The notes under the pieces were generated by a model. The model was given only the letters and a program-made list of their open reading frames with translations. It searched no databases and was not told the origin of the DNA. 64,000 nt of DNA from a virus. Below are positions 9,567-19,272 of this stretch, in pieces (the stretch's first letter is position 1; every line of letters begins with the position of its first letter). The position numbers and the translations under genes were made by a program. The stretch spans positions 61,942 to 125,941 of the IMG/VR virus record IMGVR_UViG_3300028197_001221; one strand, written 5' to 3'.

Positions 9567-10195
9567 TGGAACACCTGCTGAAATATATTGGTAATAAACT
9601 GCTCAGACTCTTTACTAATTAAAGCTCTTGTAATAAAGTTATTATCTATTGTACCAGCAAATTCTGGTGGTACTCTAAAAGAAGCTCCCTTTTCCATTGT
9701 CCCCAAACCAGAACGACCTACGCCAGCTCCCGGTACATATTCATAGTTTATTACTATGGTTGTATCTCCTAAAGTAAGAAGCCACTTAAGCCAATGTAAA
9801 TCTCCTTTTTCGTAAACCACATGGCCTTCTGGTAAAGATAAAATATCTGCCAATTCATAAGGCTGAACATTTATATCTATACCACCACCTTTTAATTTAT
9901 CATCATAAGTTTTAACACTAACTCTTACAGAATTAATTACGGATTGTCTAATAGCATCTACGCTGTTGTTGGGGTCTACTAATCCAAAGGCTCCTCTAAG
10001 ATAACCACCTACTAAAGATTGAACTTCAGGTTGATTCATAATAGCAGAAGACACAAAAGGAACTATTTGACTTTGAATCTTTGGGCCATAATTTCTGATT
10101 TTTTTGTTAACCTCTTCTGCCAATGCTTTGTTAATCTTTGATTCTATTTGGGCCGTACTATCTAATAATTTAATATACATTATGACCGTTTCCAA
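9563..10195 (-). CDS. Probable tail completion/neck protein (true start may be 10180)
   Basis: 210 aa, synteny between head closure and tail terminator genes. Confidence 0.5.
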   Translation of the reverse strand: METVIMYIKLLDSTAQIESKINKALAEEVNKKIRNYGPKIQSQIVPFVSSAIMNQPEVQSLVGGYLRGAFGLVDPNNSVDAIRQSVINSVRVSVKTYDDKLKGGGIDINVQPYELADILSLPEGHVVYEKGDLHWLKWLLTLGDTTIVINYEYVPGAGVGRSGLGTMEKGASFRVPPEFAGTIDNNFITRALISKESEQFITNIFQQVFQ

Positions 10196-10662
10196 ATCAT
10201 TCCAAAATATCTATCTTGTTTTAATCCTAGTGGAATGAATTCGCCATCTGGAACAAACCTAAGTTCTTTTTTATCCTTAATATCTTTGTGAACAATAAGT
10301 TCTTTAGCTCTTAGAACAGATGCTAAATCGGACATTTTGCCAACGATTTGTACAGCAGAGTCTGGAACCTGCATAGAATCTGTTACTCCAACCCATTGTT
10401 TCTGATCCCAATAAACTTTGAGTTTAATGTCTGTTAAGACTTCTACTTCTTTAATAGTCTTAGTGCCAACATTTCTGTCTCCACCGCCCCTTCTGTGATC
10501 ATTAATTGTATTTACATCTGGTAGATTATTGTCAGGATTGTAAACGATTTCTTCTCTTTTTTCTATAGACACCAACTGACATGTGACACCAAAAATGTCA
10601 AAAGTAGAGTCGAGAACATCGTAGTATTTATCAAATACATCTTGGTTTATTGAAAGAGCCAT
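10180..10662 (-). CDS. Probable head-closure (stopper) protein
   Basis: 160 aa, beta-rich, located in the head-tail joining block. Confidence 0.5.
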   Translation of the reverse strand: MALSINQDVFDKYYDVLDSTFDIFGVTCQLVSIEKREEIVYNPDNNLPDVNTINDHRRGGGDRNVGTKTIKEVEVLTDIKLKVYWDQKQWVGVTDSMQVPDSAVQIVGKMSDLASVLRAKELIVHKDIKDKKELRFVPDGEFIPLGLKQDRYFGMIWKRS

Positions 10663-10663
10663 G

Positions 10664-12367
10664 TTATATCCTGTGTATACTAATTGTACTTGAGTCGAGA
10701 AAATTACCTGAAGCTTCTATATAAGCTTTGTCGCCAGAGGCCAGAGGAACGTGCCATACTTTTCCAGCACTAGTAGGATAATCAGTAGCACCAATATACT
10801 GCATATTACCAGTTGTCAAGACTTGATTGCCACTGGTAACTAATCTAAATTCAGCTAGTGGTGATAAAAGTTCTCCACCACTAGCAAGTATGTTTGTACT
10901 AATAGTATATACTCCAGATTTAGGAGCTGAGTAGATATAAGTATTCGTATTAAAACTAGCAGGGTGAGAATTGGATTCTACAACATCAAAATTAAATGTA
11001 GAAAAAGAACTGTATTGTCTTGAAGAATTCATCGCCAAACTATTACCACTACCAACAGCGCTAAAATAAACAGGAGTATGATCTTCAACAAAATTGTCAA
11101 ATTGATTATTAAGAACTTGAACTTTGTTGTCAAACACTCCACTAAAAGTGTCAACTTTATTATCCGTCACCTCAAACTTATTATCGAACACACCACTAAA
11201 GGTGTCAAATTGATTTTCCAGAGCTTGAAAATTATTATCCAAAACATTAAATTTGCTGTCTAGTGTATTGAATTTGTTGTCAAATATACCGCTAAAGGTA
11301 TTAAACTGAGTGTCTAACCTTCCACTATGGTTAATGAAGAATTGGTCTGCTCTTCCAGATTCAGCTATAAAGTGAGATACAATTCTTTCATTGTTATCAC
11401 GATTCCAATCTATAAGATATCCAGAAAGAGCAACATACTTAGTATCCAATTCATCAGCCACAACAGCATCTTTGGCATCCATGATCCCAATTAGATCTCC
11501 AGACGTTACTGCAAGTTGCGTAAGTGTAGCATACTGATCGCTAAGATCAGGAATATCCGTAGCATACAGCTGCCTGAATGAAGGATAGCCTTCAGGACAA
11601 GCTCCATCACAAACTCCCGTTGGGGCTGCGAAAACATAATTAACAGTTTGTTTTTTTAGTAGTGTGTATTCATTGACAACGCCACTGTGTTCTATTACCA
11701 GTGAAGATTTAGAATTATTATCTGTCTGATTGGGCAAGAAGTGTTTATACTGAATGCCGCCCACGTAGGAACTGTCATCTCCATTCGTAGCTCTGAATGT
11801 TACACCACTTATACCTACGTAATAACCACTAGCTCTAACGGCAGATTGTTGAGAACCATCACCACCAATGTCAATACCATAAACGGGGGTATTATTTTGT
11901 AATCCTAAAGATTTAAAATCTTGATTCCATATAAAATCAGAATCAGAATTAATCATATTGGCAGAGTTCCAGAAAGCAACAGAGTGTTGAGATGGAACAG
12001 AGAAATCAGCCAAACCAGAACCGCTATACACAGCATGAGTAGCTGGATAAGTAGCAAATATTTCTTTTGTACCAGTAGTAAAATTAACTAAGCCGTTTAA
12101 ATTACTGCTGGAAAAAGGACTTCTAGTTATATAACTATATGAAACTGTTCCACCATTAGGTAAATCTCCTCCAACTTTATAAAGGACACCGGAACCAATC
12201 TCATAATTTGTTCGATCAGCGATTGCGTAAAATACTGTATCTAAATGGTCAAAAGCATCTCCAAAAGAAGTGAAGCCAGCAACAGCACCAAGCAATCCAA
12301 AATTGCCCTGACCAGTACTAGTGCTAGTTTCTTTTACTCTATCATGTATTTTAACTGTGTTTGACAC
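10664..12367 (-). CDS. Trimeric fibre protein with coiled-coil repeats and C-terminal C1q-like domain
   Basis: N-terminus DRVKETSTSTGQG; xDTFSGVFDNK repeats; C-terminus VYFSA..FNFDVVESN..FNTNTYIYSAPKSGVYTI is C1q-like. GTG start. Confidence 0.7.
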   Translation of the reverse strand: MSNTVKIHDRVKETSTSTGQGNFGLLGAVAGFTSFGDAFDHLDTVFYAIADRTNYEIGSGVLYKVGGDLPNGGTVSYSYITRSPFSSSNLNGLVNFTTGTKEIFATYPATHAVYSGSGLADFSVPSQHSVAFWNSANMINSDSDFIWNQDFKSLGLQNNTPVYGIDIGGDGSQQSAVRASGYYVGISGVTFRATNGDDSSYVGGIQYKHFLPNQTDNNSKSSLVIEHSGVVNEYTLLKKQTVNYVFAAPTGVCDGACPEGYPSFRQLYATDIPDLSDQYATLTQLAVTSGDLIGIMDAKDAVVADELDTKYVALSGYLIDWNRDNNERIVSHFIAESGRADQFFINHSGRLDTQFNTFSGIFDNKFNTLDSKFNVLDNNFQALENQFDTFSGVFDNKFEVTDNKVDTFSGVFDNKVQVLNNQFDNFVEDHTPVYFSAVGSGNSLAMNSSRQYSSFSTFNFDVVESNSHPASFNTNTYIYSAPKSGVYTISTNILASGGELLSPLAEFRLVTSGNQVLTTGNMQYIGATDYPTSAGKVWHVPLASGDKAYIEASGNFLDSSTISIHRI

Positions 12368-12376
12368 TGTTTACTC

Positions 12377-13195
12377 CTATCTGATACTTAGTATTACTAA
12401 ATCATTTTGTTTGGTATTGATGTATTGGTTAAATTTATCTTGCACTGCAAAGGTGCAATGATCCGACTTTCTTATACAGCAAGCAGCATTTATCATATTT
12501 ACTTCTGAATCCGTTTCGTGACCATTGCTTGTGGCTATAGCTATGTAGTCGCCTTCTAAATCTTCATTAAAAACTATTTTAAATCTTCCCTTACTTATTT
12601 CTTCTATTGAACTTACATTAAAAGATGTGTTAACTGTTATTGGGTTTGTAGTTGAATCAAAACTAATCCAAGCGTTTGCAGATCCAGCTACTGATGTTAG
12701 CTTAGATTGATCTGAATCAAAAACTAAACTAGTATTACTAGCAACTAGAACATTTTCTTTTTGGCTAGTATATCTTTTAAATGATATTCCATAATTATTT
12801 ACACCTTTAGAGTTAATCCAAGCATCATTTAATCCTAAATTCCCTGTCATAAAACCGCCAGAATTACTCAATAAAATATCATGAGCGTTTGGCGAGTCTA
12901 AATTTGTAAGATTGTTATGCTCTACTGTATCACTACCCAAATAAGGAACTGTTTGAATAACTTCTGGTGTAGAAGAATTAGGAAACTTTACTCCTATGTC
13001 TAATTTTAAATTAACGTTTTCTGATAAATATATGTTTTTTTTAAATTGAATGTTGGCATTTTGAACTATTGGCATTACAGAATCTACTATATTCAAAGCC
13101 TGTAATAAAAAATCTACCTCTGTTAAGAAGTCTTCTTTTATAAGCTTTGTTGATATTTCATTTCTTAATATTGCAGGATCTGTAAAAATTGTCAT
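12377..13195 (-). CDS. Virion protein, paralog of 13195..14199
   Basis: Shares the QTVPY.G...HN.L.N...MTG.LG segment and a C-terminal A.A.I.F domain with its neighbour. Confidence 0.7.
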   Translation of the reverse strand: MTIFTDPAILRNEISTKLIKEDFLTEVDFLLQALNIVDSVMPIVQNANIQFKKNIYLSENVNLKLDIGVKFPNSSTPEVIQTVPYLGSDTVEHNNLTNLDSPNAHDILLSNSGGFMTGNLGLNDAWINSKGVNNYGISFKRYTSQKENVLVASNTSLVFDSDQSKLTSVAGSANAWISFDSTTNPITVNTSFNVSSIEEISKGRFKIVFNEDLEGDYIAIATSNGHETDSEVNMINAACCIRKSDHCTFAVQDKFNQYINTKQNDLVILSIR

Positions 13196-14199
13196 TACGT
13201 TACTGTTACTACGGTTGCGAGGGTTGGCTTCTCTACTCCAGAAGGAACTCCATAAACTACTACATCATTAACTTTAGCGTCTACATAATTACTACCATCA
13301 TTCTGTACTGCTAAAGTAAATACATCTCCACTGCGAACAACAGCAGCCGCATTAACTAAGTCCATGTCAGAAGCGCTAGAATTATCACTAGTTCCATTGC
13401 AGTGTGCTACAACTACATAATTACCACTGTCGAGCGGGTCGAATTCGTGACTAGCATCAAACCTAATTTCGTATCTACCAGCACCTATTCTCTGAATCGT
13501 ATCAATACCCATAGAACTCTGTACTTCTACACCATCATCTGTGGAAGAAGAAAACCTAATATATGCATGGGCTTGACCAATTGCTGAAGTCATAACAGAA
13601 TGATCTCTATCAAATTCTAGATTACTGCCTGATCCTAAATGTACATGTTCTAGATTTGAAGATCTTCTATCAAAGTAAATACCTAGAGGTTCAGATTCTT
13701 GCGGTCCTCTAGAACTAATCCTATTAGGTGGAATCTTATCAGCCTCAACTCCACCCGTTGGAACATAACCACCCATTCCGAGAGCGCCCGTCATAATATC
13801 CCCAGAAATTTGAACATACTGAGGGTGAGGATTCCCTATCTCTCTATTCAGTAAATCATTATGATTTATACTTTCTGGACCGGGGTAAGGAACGGTTTGT
13901 AGCTCGCCTGTTGAAAACTGTACTCCAGAATCTAAAATAAGAATACCGCCTCTAACCGCATCATTCAATGGATTTATATTTCTTTGCAATCGCAGATTTT
14001 CTTGAAATGGATTTCCAGCAGTGCCGAAGTCTCCACTACCTACATTTTCTAAAATAGAATCAACAATATCTTCAAGATTAACTCTAATATCAGCAGCGCT
14101 AATACGACCAGCGTTATTATCTGGTAAAAGCTGATTAATTCTACTTTTTATGCTGTCTTGTTCTCCAGCTGAATCTTCTGTTAAATGTCTAATCGCCAT
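13195..14199 (-). CDS. Virion protein
   Basis: N-terminus LPDNNAGRISAADIRVNLEDIVDS resembles the N-terminus of 43796..47233; HNDL...NPHPQY fibre motif. Confidence 0.7.
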   Translation of the reverse strand: MAIRHLTEDSAGEQDSIKSRINQLLPDNNAGRISAADIRVNLEDIVDSILENVGSGDFGTAGNPFQENLRLQRNINPLNDAVRGGILILDSGVQFSTGELQTVPYPGPESINHNDLLNREIGNPHPQYVQISGDIMTGALGMGGYVPTGGVEADKIPPNRISSRGPQESEPLGIYFDRRSSNLEHVHLGSGSNLEFDRDHSVMTSAIGQAHAYIRFSSSTDDGVEVQSSMGIDTIQRIGAGRYEIRFDASHEFDPLDSGNYVVVAHCNGTSDNSSASDMDLVNAAAVVRSGDVFTLAVQNDGSNYVDAKVNDVVVYGVPSGVEKPTLATVVTVT

Positions 14200-14211
14200 A
14201 TTTTTCTCCTT

Positions 14212-14733
14212 TTAATATCTAAAATATCCACCTCTAAGGTCAAGGTCTGAATTAGACCTTTGAACAAAGTCGCTACCGGGACTATAGGGACCAAGGATGG
14301 CTTTACCAGCAATGCTATTGCCAGCTTTGTAATCTAGTAACAATTGATCATATTTAGCACATATGTCTTTATACAAGCCCATTAAAGTGCCAGTAACATT
14401 TCGTAAATCTATTGAGCTTGGACCATCCTTGATAGCAATAGCATTTCCTGACTCTGCTTTAACTTCTCCTCCAAGAATTATACAAGCAGTTTTAAAGCTG
14501 ACTAAAGCTATAAAATCATTGTCTTTAGTTGCTTTTTCTGTAGGATCGGGATCTAGTGTACATGTTTCTACATTTATATCGTATGTTTGATTTAAATCAG
14601 TTTCTGTAGACAAGATGTGAGAAGCAACTAATATAGTCGTTTCTAATCTTCGAGATGAATATTTATAATTTGATGGATCGACATCACTAATTAAATGCCT
14701 AACCATTGTAGAGATTTGACCTTGCCAAGACAT
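14212..14733 (-). CDS. Probable head-tail adaptor protein
   Basis: 173 aa, VRHLISD...YS...L N-terminus and IKDGPSSID hairpin, typical of gp6/gp15-like adaptors. Confidence 0.6.
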   Translation of the reverse strand: MSWQGQISTMVRHLISDVDPSNYKYSSRRLETTILVASHILSTETDLNQTYDINVETCTLDPDPTEKATKDNDFIALVSFKTACIILGGEVKAESGNAIAIKDGPSSIDLRNVTGTLMGLYKDICAKYDQLLLDYKAGNSIAGKAILGPYSPGSDFVQRSNSDLDLRGGYFRY

Positions 14734-14740
14734 ATATCAC

Positions 14741-15046
14741 CTATAAATTGCAGTGTACTTTAAAAGAGTAAATATCAGTATAATAAGTTCCAGTAGAAAG
14801 AATAACTTTAGCTTGAAGTTTATAAAGTCCGGCCTCGTCTAAATCTCCTGCTAATGTGCTGTAATAAACTTTACCATCTGTTCCGTCAGAATCTAAAGTT
14901 CCAGCTTTTTGCATAAGCTCGTCATCTGGCTTTTTGAAGATCATGGTTATGCTAGTGGCTGTAGAAATGTCTACAGCTGCACCGTCATCTTTAATTGTAG
15001 CTAAAAACTTAGTGCCTACATCGTTTACATGTACTTCGCTAGCCAT
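14741..15046 (-). CDS. BppU-N-like Ig-fold virion protein
   Basis: VDIS.AT..ITMIFKKPD...DGKVYY...GDLDEAGLYKLQAKV pattern. Confidence 0.6.
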   Translation of the reverse strand: MASEVHVNDVGTKFLATIKDDGAAVDISTATSITMIFKKPDDELMQKAGTLDSDGTDGKVYYSTLAGDLDEAGLYKLQAKVILSTGTYYTDIYSFKVHCNL

Positions 15047-15047
15047 A

Positions 15048-15110
15048 TTATTTTCTCAATGTGATGTTGGATTGTTGCTGAATGGATAATGTAATATCTA
15101 GAATTTTCAT
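15048..15110 (-). CDS. 20-aa micro-ORF MKILDITLSIQQQSNITLRK
   Basis: Fills the gap between neighbours, start overlaps the upstream stop, AGGT RBS; resembles the LILNIQQ segment of the upstream ORF. Confidence 0.45.
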   Translation of the reverse strand: MKILDITLSIQQQSNITLRK

Positions 15111-15280
15111 ATCATTACCTGTGGATTTTTCTCTAGTGTTAAATCTATACCAATAACAGAATATATACTAGGATTGTGAATATCTATCTGTTGTATATTC
15201 AAAATCAAATCAGAGTCTATTCCATTATAATATATTATTCCCACAGCAGAAAATGGTAAAATACTAAAAAACCCAAACAT
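15107..15280 (-). CDS. Small hypothetical protein (start MFGF)
   Basis: GAGGTG RBS before ATG at 15280; first gene after a late promoter. Confidence 0.55.
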   Translation of the reverse strand: MFGFFSILPFSAVGIIYYNGIDSDLILNIQQIDIHNPSIYSVIGIDLTLEKNPQVMI

Positions 15281-15297
15281 ACTACACCTCACCTAAT

Positions 15298-15304
15298 TAT
15301 ACAC
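15298..15304 (-). promoter_or_regulatory. Putative late promoter GTGTATA
   Basis: Intergenic TTTTTA-GTGTATA-ATTAG. Confidence 0.65.
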
Positions 15305-15310
15305 TAAAAA

Positions 15311-15631
15311 CTATACTGACGGTGGATCAATGACCTGATTTTCTACACCTAGCTCAGTAACATACGCTATAATTCCAGCCATAGCCGCTTGAAGACTAGA
15401 GCTAGATTCTGATTTTTCTAGCATATTGTTCACTCTAATCCATTGACCATTTCCCGGTTCAAACTCAGCCACACCATCAAACATGCCATATTTGCGCAGT
15501 TTTACCTGTCCAGAAATATCCATATTAGGATCTGGTCCGCGAATAATTACTTCTTCAATCCACACTCTGTCGTAAGTTTTAGCGGGAATTGTTTCAGGTG
15601 TCACAGCATTTAAAATTGGTAAATCTGCCAT
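15311..15631 (-). CDS. Hypothetical virion-associated protein
   Basis: 106 aa, AGGAG RBS. Confidence 0.7.
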   Translation of the reverse strand: MADLPILNAVTPETIPAKTYDRVWIEEVIIRGPDPNMDISGQVKLRKYGMFDGVAEFEPGNGQWIRVNNMLEKSESSSSLQAAMAGIIAYVTELGVENQVIDPPSV

Positions 15632-15643
15632 AATATTTTCTCC

Positions 15644-15970
15644 TTAAGTTTTAGGATTATTATCTTTAACTAATTTAAGAGACAGATAAAAGTCTGATGT
15701 TTTATCTAGTGATCCACTGTCAATAGAATGCCATAGCATATCTAGCTGTTCACCTATTTCTGGATATTGTTCTCTTCTGTTGTGTTGGTATTCTATAGCG
15801 TCTTCTATAGCTTGTAGTCTTTCCATTTCGTTTTGAATGTCTTGTCTGGACACAGCGGTTACACCTGCGTCTTGAATTTCAATTTTGTCAAAGTTATTGT
15901 CTTCAACAGAAAATCTGACGTTTGGCATTAACGATATTAGTGCATCATGTATTTCTATGATTTTTTTCAT
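15644..15970 (-). CDS. Fibre assembly chaperone-like protein
   Basis: YQHNRREQYPEIGEQLDMLWH...VKDNNPK motif, common next to fibre genes. Confidence 0.65.
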   Translation of the reverse strand: MKKIIEIHDALISLMPNVRFSVEDNNFDKIEIQDAGVTAVSRQDIQNEMERLQAIEDAIEYQHNRREQYPEIGEQLDMLWHSIDSGSLDKTSDFYLSLKLVKDNNPKT

Positions 15971-16491
15971 ACTACTAAGATCTCCGTTAATATAGCTTGT
16001 GATACTGCATTTTCATAGGCTGCCGCTCCAGCAGAAGCTACTGTTCTGTTTAAATATAATGTCATCGCTACATTAGAGGATTGAATCATAAAATGATATT
16101 CTACTTCTTCGGTAGTATTTGGACTGTCAAAACAAATATAATGATTGGTAACTGGAGTAGAAGCGTTGTTATTATCATAGGGTATAAGTCCCCACCCAGA
16201 CCAATAATTACTATCATCATTTCTCACAACTTCAGTCTCTGCACCCCCATTGATACTTCTAGAAACTCTAAATACCGAATTCCAATCACATTCATATGAA
16301 ATATTTAATTCAACTCTAATTTTACTATTTGTTGCAGTGGGGGTTATAGCTGTGTCTAAAACCGTCATGTATGTTCCAGCATCAGGAGAAGCCAGAACAG
16401 AATATGTTGTCTTGCCAGTATAAACACTGGTCACGACTTGTCCAAGAAACTCTTTGCCTGTGCGGATTGCATTATCGTATGTTTTTGTCAT
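15967..16491 (-). CDS. Fibre tip/receptor-binding-like protein
   Basis: LGQVV...ITPTATNSKIRV...DSPNTTEEVEY...LTEI beta-sandwich pattern. Confidence 0.6.
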   Translation of the reverse strand: MTKTYDNAIRTGKEFLGQVVTSVYTGKTTYSVLASPDAGTYMTVLDTAITPTATNSKIRVELNISYECDWNSVFRVSRSINGGAETEVVRNDDSNYWSGWGLIPYDNNNASTPVTNHYICFDSPNTTEEVEYHFMIQSSNVAMTLYLNRTVASAGAAAYENAVSQAILTEILVV

Positions 16492-17159
16492 GATAATTCT
16501 CCAAAAAATATTAATCCTACATATTCTGAATCAAATAAAGTTCCCGTCGAATAAGTAGTAGTAATAATAACACTAGTGGTAGTCATGCCTGAGTCTAAGG
16601 TACGATTTCTATGTATTTGAACGGTAGCTGTTGTATTGTTGGCATTCTGCGTAAACCTAGCAGTACCAGCCATTGCAAAGTCATTGTTAGCGAAAGCTCT
16701 TTTGAAATTAACTTGATAATAACCTGTACTTCCAAGATCAGTGATACTATCTACATTGTATTCATCTCTAATGCCTACTGTTCCGTTGCCTTGAAAATTG
16801 ACCCAAGCAGCAGCAACTCTTCTCTTTACGTTTTCAGTTTCTGTAGAGCTATCAGAAAGTTTGTCAGCTGTAACAGCTTCATCTACAATTTCACTAGTAT
16901 TAACAGCACTAAGCCCAGAGTTAGAAGTGTTACGAATAGAGAACTCAATAATATCGCCAGCACTAGCGCCCTGCGTTAATGTTATACCACTAGTTCCGTT
17001 CAAGCTGTAATCCGACCCCTGAATAAGCCTAACTCCATTAAGATAAGTCTCAATGCTAGCGCCACTAAATCCACCAGTAACAGTAACCGCCGTTTGGTTT
17101 GCTGTTAGAGTTACAGTCTGTCTTGAAGTTTGTCTACTTATGTCTCTGGCTATACTCAT
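16488..17159 (-). CDS. Fibre-associated protein
   Basis: YLNGVRL..GSDY repeat plus AWVNF.G...YNVDSITD.G.GYYQVNF C-terminal domain. Confidence 0.65.
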   Translation of the reverse strand: MSIARDISRQTSRQTVTLTANQTAVTVTGGFSGASIETYLNGVRLIQGSDYSLNGTSGITLTQGASAGDIIEFSIRNTSNSGLSAVNTSEIVDEAVTADKLSDSSTETENVKRRVAAAWVNFQGNGTVGIRDEYNVDSITDLGSTGYYQVNFKRAFANNDFAMAGTARFTQNANNTTATVQIHRNRTLDSGMTTTSVIITTTYSTGTLFDSEYVGLIFFGELS

Positions 17160-17160
17160 A

Positions 17161-17781
17161 TTATATCTCCGCTAGTTCTTCTACTGCTGTTGCGTCTTTT
17201 ACTAATTTCCTTCTAGCAGCATCTCCTCCACTTAATTGACTTCTAGCTGCTCCATAAGCTAACATCAAGGGTGTCATTTCTGCTACGCTTAATGAATGAA
17301 GTTCGCTGTCTGTGTCTGAAATAACAACAGGGTCTGTAGAGCCTAAAGATGCTGCTTCTTTAGCAAGAGCATATGCAGCACTCAACAAAGCCACATCGTC
17401 TGTATGAATACCAAGACTCCAACCTTCTGGTGTTTGCCACCCGTTGTTTAGCGTAACTTTCCAAGCTTCATCAATCTCTGTTAGCTTGTCTCTTTTTGCT
17501 TTATCTAAATCTGAAATATACATAGCCTCAGTCACAGGATCAACGACTTTTAATTCTTCTGGTGTTGTAGCACTTGTAATTCTTTCATCTTCTGGAGCAT
17601 CTCGTAGTAGTTGTTTTCTTTTTTCTATATCGTTTTTCAATGTAACATTCTGTGCTTCTGTAGCTTTAAGATAATCTACATCTAAAGAAACAAAATAAGG
17701 CTCTCTATCTGCACGAATTTTTTCTTTCCATATCTCTTTAGCTTTATTTATATTAATATTAATTTGCATACTAACCTCCAT
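17161..17781 (-). CDS. Fibre assembly chaperone-like protein
   Basis: INKAKEI.KEKIR..R......LDV.YLKA.E...KQLLRDAP pattern; true start may be slightly downstream. Confidence 0.6.
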   Translation of the reverse strand: MEVSMQINININKAKEIWKEKIRADREPYFVSLDVDYLKATEAQNVTLKNDIEKRKQLLRDAPEDERITSATTPEELKVVDPVTEAMYISDLDKAKRDKLTEIDEAWKVTLNNGWQTPEGWSLGIHTDDVALLSAAYALAKEAASLGSTDPVVISDTDSELHSLSVAEMTPLMLAYGAARSQLSGGDAARRKLVKDATAVEELAEI

Positions 17782-18019
17782 AGCCTAATCTAAAGAACTC
17801 GTCTGCCCCTATACCGAAACCTTCAGGATCAGTAAAGTCAGCTTCCCAAGCACTGCGAAAAGTTCTATCTGTAGGAACATCTGTATGTTCTATAATTCTA
17901 TAAGGTTTGCCTTTAGGAACATCCTTAAGAGCAATTTCCTCTATTGTATATTTTGTATTTGGAGATGGGATAACAATCGCAACTCCATCATCATCATTTG
18001 GATAAATTATTCTTTTCAT
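17771..18019 (-). CDS. Fibre-associated small protein
   Basis: IIYPNDDDGVAIVIP...IALKDVPKG.PY.I....VPTDRTFRSAW pattern. Confidence 0.65.
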   Translation of the reverse strand: MKRIIYPNDDDGVAIVIPSPNTKYTIEEIALKDVPKGKPYRIIEHTDVPTDRTFRSAWEADFTDPEGFGIGADEFFRLGYGG

Positions 18020-18028
18020 TTTTTCTCC

Positions 18029-18382
18029 TTACTCGAAAATTAATACGTCCATAGCACCCATATCTGCATAAGCTATCGCACCATAATTTTCTAGACCATA
18101 AATATCAACACTACTTGTACTTTTACTATTGGGCCAAACTGAACATATATCACCATCGACATTAATACCAGCAGATGTTACAACGACGTAACTAGCAGAT
18201 TCCATGTTATTTTCAAAACTAAGTTTATATTGACCGGCATATGAAAAACCCGAATCAGTTACACTACTAACATTGAAAGATCTAACGATAAAAGGACTTA
18301 CCGAGTTATAAGTCCCACCACCAAAGTAACACCAAGCCTTTGCCTGTCTTGCGTTTTCACTTGTTTCTCTTGCTCTTGTCAT
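18029..18382 (-). CDS. Fibre-associated protein, paralog of the 16488 C-terminal domain
   Basis: AKAWCYF.G...SFNVSSVTD.G...Y...F. Confidence 0.65.
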   Translation of the reverse strand: MTRARETSENARQAKAWCYFGGGTYNSVSPFIVRSFNVSSVTDSGFSYAGQYKLSFENNMESASYVVVTSAGINVDGDICSVWPNSKSTSSVDIYGLENYGAIAYADMGAMDVLIFE

Positions 18383-19272
18383 CTTGTATACCTCACTATT
18401 ACTATGCCGCTACCACCAGATCCACCAGTATAACCAGAAGAACCGCCTCCTCCACCGCCAGTATTAGCAGCTCCAGCTGCACCTAAATGTGGAGAAATGT
18501 CACTAGCTCCACCAAGGCCACCACCTCCAAGCCCACCAACACCTCTATTAGCAGTAGTATACGATTGTGTTTCCCCCGGCCCTCTACCAGAACCGCCTCC
18601 TCCACCACCAGCATAATAAGTGTTTGTCCCACTTATGTTGTACTGTAGACCAATCCCACCATTTGGGTCTGTACCGGAATTTTCGGAACCATTCTTGCTA
18701 GGAGAGTAGCCACCTGTTCCAGCCGCACCAGCACCACCGCCACCACCTGTATTTCTAGGATCATTGGTGTTAAGGTTTCCAGTTCTACCTCCAGAATTAC
18801 CCTGACCAGAAGTTCCCGCACCAGCTGTTGGATTATTGCTATTAGAATTATAAGCAGAACCTCCACCAGAGCCACCAGAGCCACCATTTCTACTATGACC
18901 AGAATTAGCACTTCCTCCTTTACCACCACCAATAGCTGTTAGAGAAACAGAAGGGCCAATAAATGAAGAAGATGCTCCTTGAGTTACTTGAGAGCCTCCA
19001 TCGCCTACTGTAATATTAAATGTTCCTCCTCCTACCACTTGAGCAGATTCATAAACTAAACCGCCAGCTCCTCCACCACCTCCTCTATGCGAACCTCCAC
19101 CGCCACCTCCAGCAACAATTAATATTTGCATAGTTTTAGACCCAGTAACGGTAAATGTTCCACTAGACGTAAAGGTATGAATATTATCACTACCATCAGT
19201 GGTTACTGTTCCCCCCAAAGCAGAGAAGTCTTGCTCTGTAGCGAGTAAAGATTTTTTAGGTAGAAAAATCAT
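18379..19272 (-). CDS. Glycine-rich-domain virion protein
   Basis: IHTFTSSGTF...LIVAGGGGGG...NTGGGGGG...GGSGIVIVRY. Confidence 0.8.
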   Translation of the reverse strand: MIFLPKKSLLATEQDFSALGGTVTTDGSDNIHTFTSSGTFTVTGSKTMQILIVAGGGGGGSHRGGGGGAGGLVYESAQVVGGGTFNITVGDGGSQVTQGASSSFIGPSVSLTAIGGGKGGSANSGHSRNGGSGGSGGGSAYNSNSNNPTAGAGTSGQGNSGGRTGNLNTNDPRNTGGGGGAGAAGTGGYSPSKNGSENSGTDPNGGIGLQYNISGTNTYYAGGGGGGSGRGPGETQSYTTANRGVGGLGGGGLGGASDISPHLGAAGAANTGGGGGGSSGYTGGSGGSGIVIVRYTR

